A stretch of 52,630 nucleotides of DNA, taken from the NCBI GenBank assembly GCA_038884715.1, contig JAWABG010000003.1, forward strand, positions 41,304 to 93,933. Reading direction: 5' to 3'. The stretch comes from Candidatus Woesearchaeota archaeon (GTDB lineage Archaea > Nanobdellota > Nanobdellia > Woesearchaeales > UBA9642). Both the position numbers and the translations under genes were made by a program. Below the pieces are notes generated by a model, which was not told the DNA's origin, ran no database searches, and saw nothing but the letters and a program-made list of their open reading frames with translations. The first letter of the stretch is position 1. Each line of letters begins with the position of its first letter. This document shows, in pieces, positions 19,154-29,095 of the stretch.

Positions 19154-19270
19154 ATGAGGTGTGCTGAGTGTAAAAAGCCAGTAACACAAATAGGAAATGG
19201 TATTTGGTATTGCAACAATTGTGATAAAATAATAATTGACAAGAAAGACCTTTATGAAGAAAAAAAATAA
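19154..19270 (+). CDS. Small zinc-ribbon protein (38 aa, below the ORF-track cutoff)
   Basis: Hand translation: MRCAECKKPVTQIGNGIWYCNNCDKIIIDKKDLYEEKK, with two CxxC pairs. AGGGGGTG lies 5 nt upstream of the ATG. Located between gap and pgk on the same strand. Confidence 0.45.
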   Translation: MRCAECKKPVTQIGNGIWYCNNCDKIIIDKKDLYEEKK

Positions 19271-19309
19271 GTTAATAGGTTAATTTAATAAAAATATAAG
19301 GGTGAAGAA

Positions 19310-20464
19310 ATGAAAACAATTAAGGATATAAACATTAATGGAAAGAAAGTTATACTTAGAGCAGGGTTTGATATGCCTCTTGATGAAAACGGCAATATTA
19401 CAGATGATTCAAGAATTAAAGAGACTATTCCAACTATAAAATATATTATCGAACGTGCAAGACAATTAATAATAATATCTCATATGGGTAGACCTGAAGG
19501 TAAGATTGTAGCTAAACTGAAAAATGATGTTGTAAAAAGAAAATTGGAGCAATTGCTCGGTGTGGAAGTCATAAAACTCGACTCGTGTATAAACATTACA
19601 ATTCCGAACGATAAAAAAATTATTTTGCTTGAAAACCTAAGGTTTCATATAGGTGAGGAAAAGAATGATCCTGAGTTTGCAAAAAAATTAGCAAGTTATG
19701 CGGATATTTATTGTAATGAAGCATTTAGTGTTATGCATAGGGATGCTGCGAGCATTACAGGCATAACAAGATATCTGCCCGGATGTGTAGGATTTTTGGT
19801 TGAAAAAGAGCTTAAATATCTTAATCTAGGTAATGCACAAAGGCCGATGGTGGCAATCTTAGGAGGTAGTAAGATAAGCACAAAACTTCCTGTCATAAAT
19901 GAACTCTTGAAGAAGACAGATTATTTGTTACTCGGCGGAGCAATGATTTTCACTTTTTACAAGGCAAAAGGATATGAAATTGGAAAAAGCCTTTATGAAA
20001 AAGATCAGCTTGATATGGCAAAACTGTTGTTAAATAATGAAAAACTTGTTCTTCCGACAGACGTTGTTGTTGCTAAAGAGATCAAGGAATATGCAGAGAA
20101 CAAAACAGTGAATGTTGAACAAATTCCACCAGAATACATAGGGCTCGATATTGGTGAAGAATCTGTGAAAAGATTCAGAAAAATCTTAGATAAAGCTAAA
20201 ACAATAGTGTGGAATGGCCCCTTAGGAAAGTTTGAAACAAAGCCATTTGACACAGCAACCAATGATATTGCTAGATATTTAACACAGCTAAATGCTATTG
20301 TAATAGTGGGCGGAGGAGAAACAGCTGATGCTATTGATAGGTTGGGTATTAAAGAAAAAATTACGCATGTAAGCACAGGTGGCGGCGCCAGTCTCGAAAT
20401 GTTAAGTGGTAAAGTTTTACCAGGTATAAAAGCACTTGAAGAAAATGAAATTGAATATTTTTAA
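19310..20464 (+). CDS. pgk: Phosphoglycerate kinase
   Basis: RAGFDMPL, IISHMGRPEG, LENLRFH, AILGGSKISTK, WNGPLGKFE, STGGGASLE. Confidence 0.9.
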   Translation: MKTIKDININGKKVILRAGFDMPLDENGNITDDSRIKETIPTIKYIIERARQLIIISHMGRPEGKIVAKLKNDVVKRKLEQLLGVEVIKLDSCINITIPNDKKIILLENLRFHIGEEKNDPEFAKKLASYADIYCNEAFSVMHRDAASITGITRYLPGCVGFLVEKELKYLNLGNAQRPMVAILGGSKISTKLPVINELLKKTDYLLLGGAMIFTFYKAKGYEIGKSLYEKDQLDMAKLLLNNEKLVLPTDVVVAKEIKEYAENKTVNVEQIPPEYIGLDIGEESVKRFRKILDKAKTIVWNGPLGKFETKPFDTATNDIARYLTQLNAIVIVGGGETADAIDRLGIKEKITHVSTGGGASLEMLSGKVLPGIKALEENEIEYF

Positions 20465-20529
20465 TATATTTTTTTGATTCGGTGTTACATAATAATATTT
20501 ATTATAATTAATAATATTTATTATAATAT

Positions 20530-20904
20530 TTATTTATAAGTTTGACCTGAATTCGTAATATCCTGACAGTATTTACCGACAATAAAATTATTTATATTCC
20601 TATTTTTTTCTTGGTTAGAATTTTCAGGACATAATAATAATCTTATAATATATGCGACTTGCTTAAAAAACTCATTCTCAGAATTATTATTCACTGGGTG
20701 GGTTAAACAGTAACGCATAGCAATTTTTTCAATTTGCGATTCTCTGAATTTAGACTGTATACTATCACTAAATCTATCACTAATTTCAAATTTCCCAGTA
20801 TTGATGTTATTATTAATGGTTATATTTCCATGCCCTTCATATTTAAAAATAATATTTTGTGATATCAAATTAACCAAAGGTTTAATATCAATTTCAAATA
20901 ACAT
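20530..20904 (-). CDS. Hypothetical protein
   Basis: Isolated 124-aa ORF between AT-rich spacers. No motif recognised. Confidence 0.35.
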   Translation of the reverse strand: MLFEIDIKPLVNLISQNIIFKYEGHGNITINNNINTGKFEISDRFSDSIQSKFRESQIEKIAMRYCLTHPVNNNSENEFFKQVAYIIRLLLCPENSNQEKNRNINNFIVGKYCQDITNSGQTYK

Positions 20905-21164
20905 AAAATCACCCTAAATGGGCATTATATTAAATAGGCATTTTTTATATTAATATTATTATTTGTTATTCTATTTTTTTATTTTTGTTTTTATACATAT
21001 TTAAATTTTTGTATTTGTATTTAAATATATTACTTTTATTTAATTAATATATATTAATATTTATTTATATCTTTTCATTAAAAAAACAAAAAAACAACCA
21101 TTAACACACACTTTCGTTTTTTTATATTTTTATATATTTTTTATATTTGCTATTTTTTATTTAA

Positions 21165-21623
21165 CTATTTTTGCTTTTCCCTTCTAAGAAAGTTTCCTCT
21201 GTCGATAATATTTTTTATTACTGTTTGCGCATTCTTAATTTCAATTCTTCCCATTCCAAGATTCTCATCATTTTTATTCTGAACTAGTACAAAAGAACCT
21301 TCTTCAAATTTTTTTATGTTATCAGCATTTATTAAACCTTCCTCAAAGATATCCCTTCCGCAAAGAAAAAGCCATTCTGATTTCTCATTCACACTTATCT
21401 TTTTATGTGTTTTTCTAGCAAGAATTTCTAGTAAAGCCAAACTTGGTTTAAAATCTTTTTTTTCTTCACCAAGAAAAACACCTATATTGAAAGGATTTTC
21501 ACTAATCTTGTTTCTAAAATCCAACAATTCCTGGCTGACCAAATAGTATCTACCACCAATTTTAGAAATAGATTTTATTTCATCATTAGTAAATATCTTC
21601 ACAAACGCAGTTATTTTATTCAT
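21165..21623 (-). CDS. NIP7-like pre-rRNA processing protein with C-terminal PUA-like domain (tentative)
   Basis: Size and layout match archaeal NIP7/UPF0113 homologs: N-terminal ...GGRYYLVSQELLDF..., C-terminal GRDIFEEG...SFVLVQNKNDENLGMGRIE. Recognised from memory of the family only. Confidence 0.4.
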   Translation of the reverse strand: MNKITAFVKIFTNDEIKSISKIGGRYYLVSQELLDFRNKISENPFNIGVFLGEEKKDFKPSLALLEILARKTHKKISVNEKSEWLFLCGRDIFEEGLINADNIKKFEEGSFVLVQNKNDENLGMGRIEIKNAQTVIKNIIDRGNFLRREKQK

Positions 21624-21655
21624 CTTTACAATATTTTCTTTATTTTTATAAAAAA

Positions 21656-22894
21656 TTACTTTATTATTAATTTAAAGCTAAAGTGCTTATAAATTTTTTC
21701 CTGAATCTTTTGCTTGATTAGTTTTATATTTAAGCTTTCAATTTGCCCTTCTGTAAATTGAATTTTTTTTGTCAAGACTTCAATTTGTTTGTCCAACTCA
21801 TTAATAAATTTATAAGTATCATTAAGTTTTACAATAGTAATATTTTTTCTTATTTTGTCATCTGTCTCTTTAATATTATCTTGAATTTTTTTAATTTCAA
21901 ATATTTTATCTTTTAAAAAAGCATCGTTAAGTTTATCAATAATTTCTACTGATTTTTCTTTTTTAGAATCTTTTAATTCAATTTTATCATGAACTAACTC
22001 TTCTTTCAATTTTTTAAGTTCATTTACAATTTCGAGGTTATCATCAGATAAAAGGGCAGTAACGCAATCAGTCAAATAGTTTTCGACAATAACTTTATTC
22101 ATAGTTATTTTGCTATGTTTTCTCATTGCCCTTTCAAGATCAGAGAAATAGCTGCTAATTTCATCCTTAATTTTCTTTAAATAATACTCGAGATCAGCTT
22201 TTTCTTTTAGAAAATTATTGTAGTATGTGTAATCAGTTGTTTTTTTCAACTGACTAATGTACAACTCTGCCTTTTCCTTCTTTAAACTCAAATCATTGAG
22301 TTGTTCATTCATTTGATCTTGCTCTTGCTGTAAATCATTTTTCTTCTTACGAGTTTTCTCTATACTTTTGATATCATCTTTTATGAGTACAATCTCGTCT
22401 ATTTTCTCTCTTTCAAAAAGCTCATTTATCTTAATTATTGTCTCTTCAAACTCCTTAATTCGACGTGCAACAGTGTATATCTCGTCTTCAAAAAAATGTT
22501 TTAATACAAAATAATTCTTTTGAGTTGCATTATTCAGCGCTTCGAGCTTTTCAAAAAAATCCTTGAAAAACGCATGAAGCTCTAAAGAATCAGTTGGTAG
22601 GGTTATTTCTTGAAAAAAAAGCTTTGTTCTTTGCACATAATTATTCTTATTACCTAGCATTATTTGATATTCTTTATTAGGAATATTTTTATTTGATAAT
22701 TCGGATTCTTCAAGCTCTTTAATTGCTTCAAGGATTTTTTTTAACTTATAAGTTGCATAATCCTTTTTCTCTTGAAGATCTGTTTTAAATTTAGAGAGTT
22801 TTTCATTTGTTAATTTGTTCACATAAATAGCAAGATCTTTCTCATTAACCTCTTCAATAACTTCCTTTTTCTTTAGAAAATTAAATAAGCCCAT
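21656..22894 (-). CDS. Long coiled-coil protein, hypothetical
   Basis: 412 aa, K/E/L-rich with heptad-like repeats throughout and no TM segment or enzymatic motif. The stop lies 32 nt upstream of the NIP7-like gene start. Confidence 0.5.
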   Translation of the reverse strand: MGLFNFLKKKEVIEEVNEKDLAIYVNKLTNEKLSKFKTDLQEKKDYATYKLKKILEAIKELEESELSNKNIPNKEYQIMLGNKNNYVQRTKLFFQEITLPTDSLELHAFFKDFFEKLEALNNATQKNYFVLKHFFEDEIYTVARRIKEFEETIIKINELFEREKIDEIVLIKDDIKSIEKTRKKKNDLQQEQDQMNEQLNDLSLKKEKAELYISQLKKTTDYTYYNNFLKEKADLEYYLKKIKDEISSYFSDLERAMRKHSKITMNKVIVENYLTDCVTALLSDDNLEIVNELKKLKEELVHDKIELKDSKKEKSVEIIDKLNDAFLKDKIFEIKKIQDNIKETDDKIRKNITIVKLNDTYKFINELDKQIEVLTKKIQFTEGQIESLNIKLIKQKIQEKIYKHFSFKLIIK

Positions 22895-22988
22895 AAATAG
22901 TAAAAAAAGTTTTTGTTTTTTATTAATTTTGCGATAAAAAAATACTAATTAAAGAAAGCTTAATAAATAATTAAAATATAATAAGGTT

Positions 22989-23324
22989 ATGAAGAAAAAA
23001 CACTCAAAAAAGACAGACAAACAATTGAAAATAGCCGAAGAAAGAATAGTTGAACTTTTCAGTCTTGCAGAAAATGGATTTAAAAATAATCCTGCTCTAA
23101 GTAATAGATATATAACTTTGGCTCGAAAAATTTCTATGAAATATAAAGTAAAAATTCCTGCTGAGCTAAAAAGAAGATTCTGCAAGTATTGCTATTCGTA
23201 TCTCTTCCCGGGAATTAACTGCAGAGTAAGACTGAATAATGACAAGATAATTTATACTTGCTTTAAATGTAAGAATTTTATAAGATTTCCTTATAAAAAA
23301 AGAATAATTAATAAACAAAACTAG
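22989..23324 (+). CDS. rnp4: RNase P protein component 4 (Rpp21 / Rpr2 family)
   Basis: LKIAEERIVELFSLAE...NPALSNRYITLARKISMKYKVKIP...KRRFCKYCYSYLFPGINCRVRL...IYTCFKCKNF: an N-terminal helical pair plus the C-terminal CxxC...CxxC zinc ribbon typical of Rpp21. Confidence 0.8.
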   Translation: MKKKHSKKTDKQLKIAEERIVELFSLAENGFKNNPALSNRYITLARKISMKYKVKIPAELKRRFCKYCYSYLFPGINCRVRLNNDKIIYTCFKCKNFIRFPYKKRIINKQN

Positions 23325-23411
23325 TTAATAAGTAAAATAGTTTGTATATATAACAATATTGTATATAATTGTGTATATAACAATAAAAAAAATAAGTTTA
23401 TTGATTTTTAT

Positions 23412-24719
23412 TTAATTAATTTTTTTATGATTAAAAACAATTCTTTCTATTTCATAGGTTCCTAGTTTTGGAGCATCAAGGAATCCTTGCCATGCAGCAT
23501 CTGCGAGTCTTCCATCATTTAGCCAGTCATCGAGCCATTCATTTACAAACTTTGGATCATATTGAAAGTAACCACTACCTATGTGCTCAACCCAATTCTT
23601 ATTCATGTACTCATGATATCCGATTGGCTCAGTCATAATTAGTGGAAGTCCTAAAGCTGTGAAAAAAACCATCTCGCTTGGCTTTGTCCATAGAATATCT
23701 GTCGTTCTTAGTGCTTTATTAACAATTGAAAAATATGTTCTCTTGTCAAGAGCTCTCAATAACCTTACGCCTTCACCTCTTAAATTATCCAAACCCAGAT
23801 GCTTTATTTCTTTCATAAACAATTCATAAATCTCCATATGGGTTCCTGTTGCAAGATTTAGAATTATTTCTTTATCAAAAATTTTTTTTCTTAAACTTTT
23901 AAGGACTTCAAGTCCAATCTTTGCCTGGACTCCTGCACCCCCTATCATAAAAGTAATCGTTAGTTTATGATCTTTTTTAAATGACATTTTTTTTATTCCA
24001 AGATGTTTTTTAATACTGTCCTCATACTTGCTGATAAATATTTTTTTGGGATCTAAGTTTATTATTCTCTTTGCTAAATCGTGTTTTAAGTTTTTAAGAG
24101 ATGGACCGCCCAAATTTTCTTTGGGAAGAGGAAATCCTGTCAAATATATATTCTCCTGTTTAACGCCATATTCTTTTAGCCGTCTCGCTGCTTTTTCGCA
24201 AGGAGCAAAATATTTTATATTAGATTTTTTTGGATCTCGAGCAACCCACACCCTATTAATGTCAGTGTCTGTGACCACACAATAAATATTCTTTAGTCCA
24301 TAAAAATCAGCTGCAAGCGCGGGAATAAAAAATGTTGTAATAATTGGTAAATCTTTTGATTTCAAGTAACTGATTAAACCGCTGCATAATCCTTTTTTTA
24401 TTTTTACATAAACATAATTTACAGCAATTGTTGGTCTTGAAAGATCTCTAAACGGATAATACGGTACAATGCTTTGTATTCTATCATACATATTGAATAT
24501 TCTTCTGCCAATAATTGGAAATTCTGTAAATCTAGAAATCCAGTTATAGAATGCTTGAGCCTTTCGCCAAATTCTCTGGTCCTTTTCAGAAATTAACTTG
24601 TCAGAATTTGCTGTAATAATTCTTTCATATGCAATGTCCTGCAACGGATTAGCTGCTCTTTGATGACCATAACCCATGTCTGCAGTTATAACCCATGCTT
24701 GATTCCTCTTTTTTTTCAT
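23412..24719 (-). CDS. GT-B fold glycosyltransferase-like protein (MGDG-synthase / MurG-like), tentative
   Basis: After the likely start MKKKRNQAWVITADMGYGHQRAANPL (G-x-GH-xxAA, as at the N-terminus of GT28-type enzymes) comes a second Rossmann-like half, ITFMIGGAGVQAKIG. The track ORF extends to 24800, but those 27 extra codons look like translated AT-rich spacer. Confidence 0.4.
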   Translation of the reverse strand: MKKKRNQAWVITADMGYGHQRAANPLQDIAYERIITANSDKLISEKDQRIWRKAQAFYNWISRFTEFPIIGRRIFNMYDRIQSIVPYYPFRDLSRPTIAVNYVYVKIKKGLCSGLISYLKSKDLPIITTFFIPALAADFYGLKNIYCVVTDTDINRVWVARDPKKSNIKYFAPCEKAARRLKEYGVKQENIYLTGFPLPKENLGGPSLKNLKHDLAKRIINLDPKKIFISKYEDSIKKHLGIKKMSFKKDHKLTITFMIGGAGVQAKIGLEVLKSLRKKIFDKEIILNLATGTHMEIYELFMKEIKHLGLDNLRGEGVRLLRALDKRTYFSIVNKALRTTDILWTKPSEMVFFTALGLPLIMTEPIGYHEYMNKNWVEHIGSGYFQYDPKFVNEWLDDWLNDGRLADAAWQGFLDAPKLGTYEIERIVFNHKKIN

Positions 24720-24828
24720 TCTGTCAATGTTATAATAATTATAGTTTATATGTTTTTTTAATAAGTAGTTGTTTGTGGTTGTTGGAAAAAGAACTTTCAA
24801 ACAAAAGAGTAGTTATAAAAGAAACTAA

Positions 24829-27342
24829 CTAGTTGTTCCTTTTAACCTCGTTAATAAATCTCTGAACAGTCTTAACAAGATATTCTGGTTGAGTCTTGAG
24901 TACTTCACAAGTTTTTTCGATAACATCCCCGTGATATTTCTCTATTGACGTTAACTCAAATTTTTTTTGTTGTTTTTTCTTTATAATGGCTTTCCATAAT
25001 TCAAACAATTCTTTAGCCCTACCAGGAATTTCATTTTCAGAACAGTCAAGTAATTTTTTTAATTCAATTAATATATTACTCCTTTTGATGTTTTGCATTT
25101 CAGCAGCCCTACCCGCAACAAACTCTATTCTCACTATTCCATCCTGAATTTTTGAAGTCTTAAGAATTTTTATTATTCCAACATCTCCAGTTACGTCAAG
25201 ATGAGTTCCACCACAAGCCTCTGCATCTATTCCTTCAATATGTACAATTCTCAGTAGTTTTCCAGGAACAGCACCACCTTGATAAATTGTAAAGCCAAAT
25301 TTTCTTTCAGCAACGCCTCGCTCTATTATCATCTTATGAACAGGAAGATTATCATTTACAATTTTATTAGCTAATATTTCAATCTTAACTTTTTGTTCAT
25401 CCGTCAGAGAATCATAATGAGTTATATCAAGTCTTGCCTTTTCGAGTGTTTTGCTAGCACCTGCCTGCCAAACATGCTTTCCTAAAACATTTTTCGCAGC
25501 CCCATTTATTATATGCGTGGCTGTGTGGTGTTGTGCAAGCTGCTGTCTTCTATCCATATCAATATTTCCTTTAATTTCTTGGCCTTCTTTGAAATTAACC
25601 TTATCCATAACATGAATAATTACATTTCCTTGTTTGAACACATTAACAACATTACACCCGTTCAATGTTCCAATATCGTGTAATTGTCCTCCTGATGTAG
25701 GGTAGAATGCTGTTCTATCAAGTATAACATTATTATCAATTATTTTAAGCACTTTGGCCTTAAATTCCAGAAGGTCGTAATGATCATAATACAATATATC
25801 TGTGTTAGGTAGTCCATCTAATTTCAGTTTTTCGTCTTTAAATGTCTGTGTGTTATGTATTTTTTTATCTGCATTATGTTTTTGTACAACAAGAGAATAA
25901 AAATTTTCTGGAATTGAAATCTTCTTATGTTTTTTTTCAAATTCTGATTTTAATTCTTCTGGATTAATCCCGTAACTGTCATAGAGTTCAATTAACTTTT
26001 TTTCATCAATATCTTTTTCAACGAGGCCTTGAATTATCTTCCAATTTCTCTCCCTGCTTTCTTTAAATTTCTTATTTTCATATTCTAAAATATTTATTGT
26101 TTCGTTAATATTTTCTAATAGCTCAGGAAACAATGGTTTCAAATATTTTGCGTGCATTTTTACAATCTCACCCATATCAATATTCCATTTATTCTGTTCC
26201 GCTATGCTTAAAGCTCTTCTATAAATACTTCTAAGATTATAACCACCTCCTACATTACTAAACAAAACTCCATCATTAATTGCAAATAAGACACTTCTCA
26301 AATGCTCTGCGATTGAATACATGCCTGCTAAAGGCAGAATTTTTTTCTTCAAATCATTAACATTCAGATTTAATTTTGTTGCAATAAATTTCCAATTTTT
26401 TTCAATATTTTCTGCTTCGTTTATATTTAAGAGTGCAGCATATGGAAGAAATTTTTTCATAAATCCTTTTTCAACTATTTCTTCCATATTTGTAATTTTT
26501 TTTAAGTATTTTATTACATCTGGAAAAGTTGCTTCATATAATGTTTCTTTTCCAAGGCTGAACCATGTGTTACGTTCATGCCCCATACCCATATCTAATA
26601 CCTTCAAGTTGAGCTCGTGCTCTCCATTGGGTGTATTTTCATACTGCATATAAACCTGGTTACCAAGCTCTAGACCTCCTGAGAAAAACTCCATACACGG
26701 CCCGAAATTTCCTCCTCCTGCCCAGCCATCTTCATGATAAAAAATTTTTGTTTTTGGAATTTTATGCCCTTGAGTCAGCCACTTATGAATATGAATGAAA
26801 TAATCATCTTGCTTCCATTCTTCTTTTTTCACAAAGGCATGCTGTCCAATCATTACAAATCCGGTACAATGGCTTCCAGTAATACCAACATTATCAATAT
26901 CATTGAATCTAAGACAGAATTGAGGAATAACCAATGGATTTGCGGGAGGATCAATAGTTCCATTTACAACCCATGGCTGAAAATCATAAATGCTGGCTTG
27001 GACAAAATCTGTATCATCTCTCCACCTTGCAGCAACAGGATATCTTTTTATTGGTGTATAACCAAACTTCTTGAACATATTACTAAATGTTTTCCATAAC
27101 TCGATGTACTCCATTTTATTCTTTGAAGGAGTGTTTTGAATAAAGTTAAATCCACCCTTGCATTCTGCATCGCCACAAATATCGTTGCATTCAACTGACC
27201 AAAAGAATTTTTTACATTTTATACATTGTTGTCTCTTGAAACCTTCGTTTTTCAGAACGTTCACTGCAAAAAACTTCTCAGGATTCTTTTCGGTTCTCTT
27301 CCTAAATTCATTTTTTAATTCTTTATCAGTTAACATAAGCAA
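24829..27342 (-). CDS. alaS: Alanine--tRNA ligase, archaeal type
   Basis: Archaeal AlaRS N-terminus with a Cys-rich segment (CIKCKKFFWS...CGDAECKG), a class II core (FCLRFNDIDNVG, GGGNFGPCMEFF), and editing-domain motifs QHHTATHIING and EACGGTHL. Confidence 0.9.
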   Translation of the reverse strand: MLMLTDKELKNEFRKRTEKNPEKFFAVNVLKNEGFKRQQCIKCKKFFWSVECNDICGDAECKGGFNFIQNTPSKNKMEYIELWKTFSNMFKKFGYTPIKRYPVAARWRDDTDFVQASIYDFQPWVVNGTIDPPANPLVIPQFCLRFNDIDNVGITGSHCTGFVMIGQHAFVKKEEWKQDDYFIHIHKWLTQGHKIPKTKIFYHEDGWAGGGNFGPCMEFFSGGLELGNQVYMQYENTPNGEHELNLKVLDMGMGHERNTWFSLGKETLYEATFPDVIKYLKKITNMEEIVEKGFMKKFLPYAALLNINEAENIEKNWKFIATKLNLNVNDLKKKILPLAGMYSIAEHLRSVLFAINDGVLFSNVGGGYNLRSIYRRALSIAEQNKWNIDMGEIVKMHAKYLKPLFPELLENINETINILEYENKKFKESRERNWKIIQGLVEKDIDEKKLIELYDSYGINPEELKSEFEKKHKKISIPENFYSLVVQKHNADKKIHNTQTFKDEKLKLDGLPNTDILYYDHYDLLEFKAKVLKIIDNNVILDRTAFYPTSGGQLHDIGTLNGCNVVNVFKQGNVIIHVMDKVNFKEGQEIKGNIDMDRRQQLAQHHTATHIINGAAKNVLGKHVWQAGASKTLEKARLDITHYDSLTDEQKVKIEILANKIVNDNLPVHKMIIERGVAERKFGFTIYQGGAVPGKLLRIVHIEGIDAEACGGTHLDVTGDVGIIKILKTSKIQDGIVRIEFVAGRAAEMQNIKRSNILIELKKLLDCSENEIPGRAKELFELWKAIIKKKQQKKFELTSIEKYHGDVIEKTCEVLKTQPEYLVKTVQRFINEVKRNN

Positions 27343-27595
27343 TCACTCACCATAAAAATTATAGAAATAAAAAGGGTTTAAATAGATGACTGTTTTTTCT
27401 GCTCAAATAAAATATGCAAAAGATTTATTAATTTTAGAGTTTGTTAAAAACCTATAATCACACCAAACCATTTAATGTTAAAGTTATTTGTAAAAAGAGC
27501 ATATTATAAAAAGAGTGCCCAAAACACGATTTATTATTTTATTAAGAGGTTTTTAATAAGAGACATCTTTAATAGAGTTCTCAAAAAATGAAAAA

Positions 27596-27808
27596 TTAAA
27601 ATTCTAATTTTTTCCTTAGTATATTCATAAGTTCTTCTTCTTTTGTAATTATCTTATATGGAATTCTAACAATATATATTCTTCCCATTAGTGCGTATTC
27701 TTCATTTTGGTGGATATATACCTCAAAGAATTTCACATAAAAAATAAAGTATATCTCTGTATCTGTTATTATACATTCAGTTTCCTCGAAAAAGTTTTCC
27801 TTAAGCAT
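27596..27808 (-). CDS. Hypothetical 70-aa ORF (weak)
   Basis: Only an ORF in an otherwise non-coding island. No motif. It may be non-coding. Confidence 0.2.
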   Translation of the reverse strand: MLKENFFEETECIITDTEIYFIFYVKFFEVYIHQNEEYALMGRIYIVRIPYKIITKEEELMNILRKKLEF

Positions 27809-27833
27809 AGGGCTCCTCGTAAAAGTAAAAAAT

Positions 27834-27892
27834 GTTCCCTGCAGATTATGGGAGGGGTGGGGTTGTAGAAAGTTCTGATTTCTACAGGGAAC
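27834..27892. other. GC-rich structured element (nested inverted repeats plus G-tract), function unknown
   Basis: GTTCCCTG (27834-41) pairs with CAGGGAAC (27885-92). Inside lie the G-tract GGGAGGGGTGGGG and the hairpin TGTAGAAA-GTTCTGA-TTTCTACA. This is one of the few GC-rich patches outside genes and tRNAs. Confidence 0.3.
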
Positions 27893-27964
27893 TTGTATGA
27901 AATTGATGTTAGCGTTTTATTATTGTTAGTACTTTTTCATTTAGTTAATGCTTTGCATTTATGA

Positions 27965-27988
27965 TTTTTTGCACAATTTTTTGCACAA
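27965..27988. repeat. Perfect tandem direct repeat, 2 x TTTTTTGCACAA
   Basis: Read directly: 27965-27976 equals 27977-27988. Confidence 0.9.
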
Positions 27989-28002
27989 CTGAGCTTGAAA
28001 GG

Positions 28003-28136
28003 AAAAAACCAGAGTCTTTGTACTAAATGCGGATTCCCTTTTGTGTTTTTTTATTTTTTTTTTTATTCTTGTTTTTTTCACAAAAATTTTATATATTAGG
28101 AGTTTTGACACATTTAGTGTTTCACTCTGGTTTTTT
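28003..28136. repeat. Imperfect inverted repeat of about 27 nt flanking a T-rich core
   Basis: The left arm AAAAAACCAGAGTCTTTGTACTAAATG (28003-28029) compares with the reverse complement of the right arm, AAAAAACCAGAGTGAAACACTAAATG (28111-28136): 13 nt and 8 nt perfect blocks. The centre is dominated by T runs. Confidence 0.8.
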
Positions 28137-28286
28137 TGTTTGAAAGAAAGCCTTTACTAACATTTTGTATTAGTGTTGCTATTAGGCTCTACTAATATTT
28201 TTTATTAGTTTTTGCTTTCTCTCAGCATGAAATTCGTGATGTGTTTTGCTTCTTGGCAAAACTGTAATTTACATAGTATTTGGAGT

Positions 28287-28703
28287 TTATCTTTTAATAT
28301 TGAGTCTTAATGCGGGTTTTCTAAGTTCTTGTAGCCACATTAAGCCTATTCTCATCATGTTTTTGTTAAATTTTTCGCTTAGCTTGTAGGTTTTTTTGTA
28401 TAGGTCATAGTCTATCATTCCCATTGTCTTCATCGGTGTTAGTATCCTATCATAGAATTGTCTTTTATTGTATGATATTTGGTTTTTCTTTTTTTTCCCA
28501 AGACTAGATTTATCATCTTCTTCAACTAGTGTTCCTTCATGTAATGCTGTAGCGAATAATGACATTTCAGTTTTTCCAAGTTCTCCATTTCTTTGTTTCA
28601 TTTCTTCCATTAGCATTTTTGCAACAACAACTTGTTGTTTTGTTGCAAAAATAATTTCAAATATGTCGTCTGGAATATTGTATTGGTCGAAGAGTATTAC
28701 CAT
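28287..28703 (-). CDS. Hypothetical protein, possibly a winged-helix DNA-binding protein
   Basis: 138-aa ORF. The C-terminal part (RQFYDRILTPMKTMGMIDYDLYKKTYKLSEKF) resembles a wHTH recognition helix plus wing. An acidic/lysine linker sits in the middle. No family recognised. Confidence 0.35.
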   Translation of the reverse strand: MVILFDQYNIPDDIFEIIFATKQQVVVAKMLMEEMKQRNGELGKTEMSLFATALHEGTLVEEDDKSSLGKKKKNQISYNKRQFYDRILTPMKTMGMIDYDLYKKTYKLSEKFNKNMMRIGLMWLQELRKPALRLNIKR

Positions 28704-29095
28704 GTTTTACTCACCATTATGATTTAATTGATTTTGTTATGATTTAAATCTTGTTGTGTTTTATTTTGTTCTTAATTTATTTATTTTATATATTAAAAGC
28801 ACTACTAATATATAAATGTTACGATTTTGTATACTGGTTTAGTTTTTATTAATTTTGTTTGTGGTTGTTATTTTATGGTAATAAAAAAATAATTTATTGT
28901 AGATTATTACATGTCAATAAACAGTATGACATTTAATAAGAAACTGTTTTATTTGTATAAAAATAGTTTTTTGTATGAAATTTAGATTTGCTTATTTTCG
29001 AAAAAAAAGTCAGAGATCATAATTATTACCAAAAAAACAAAATTTAGCAGAACATATTGAAAAAGATTTAGATGAAATTTTTTATTCTAATTTAA

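Noticed and set aside
27851-27863. G-quadruplex in GGGAGGGGTGGGG
   Set aside because: Only three G-runs are present, and a fourth is lacking within a reasonable loop distance. The tract sits inside a larger inverted-repeat structure that explains it better.
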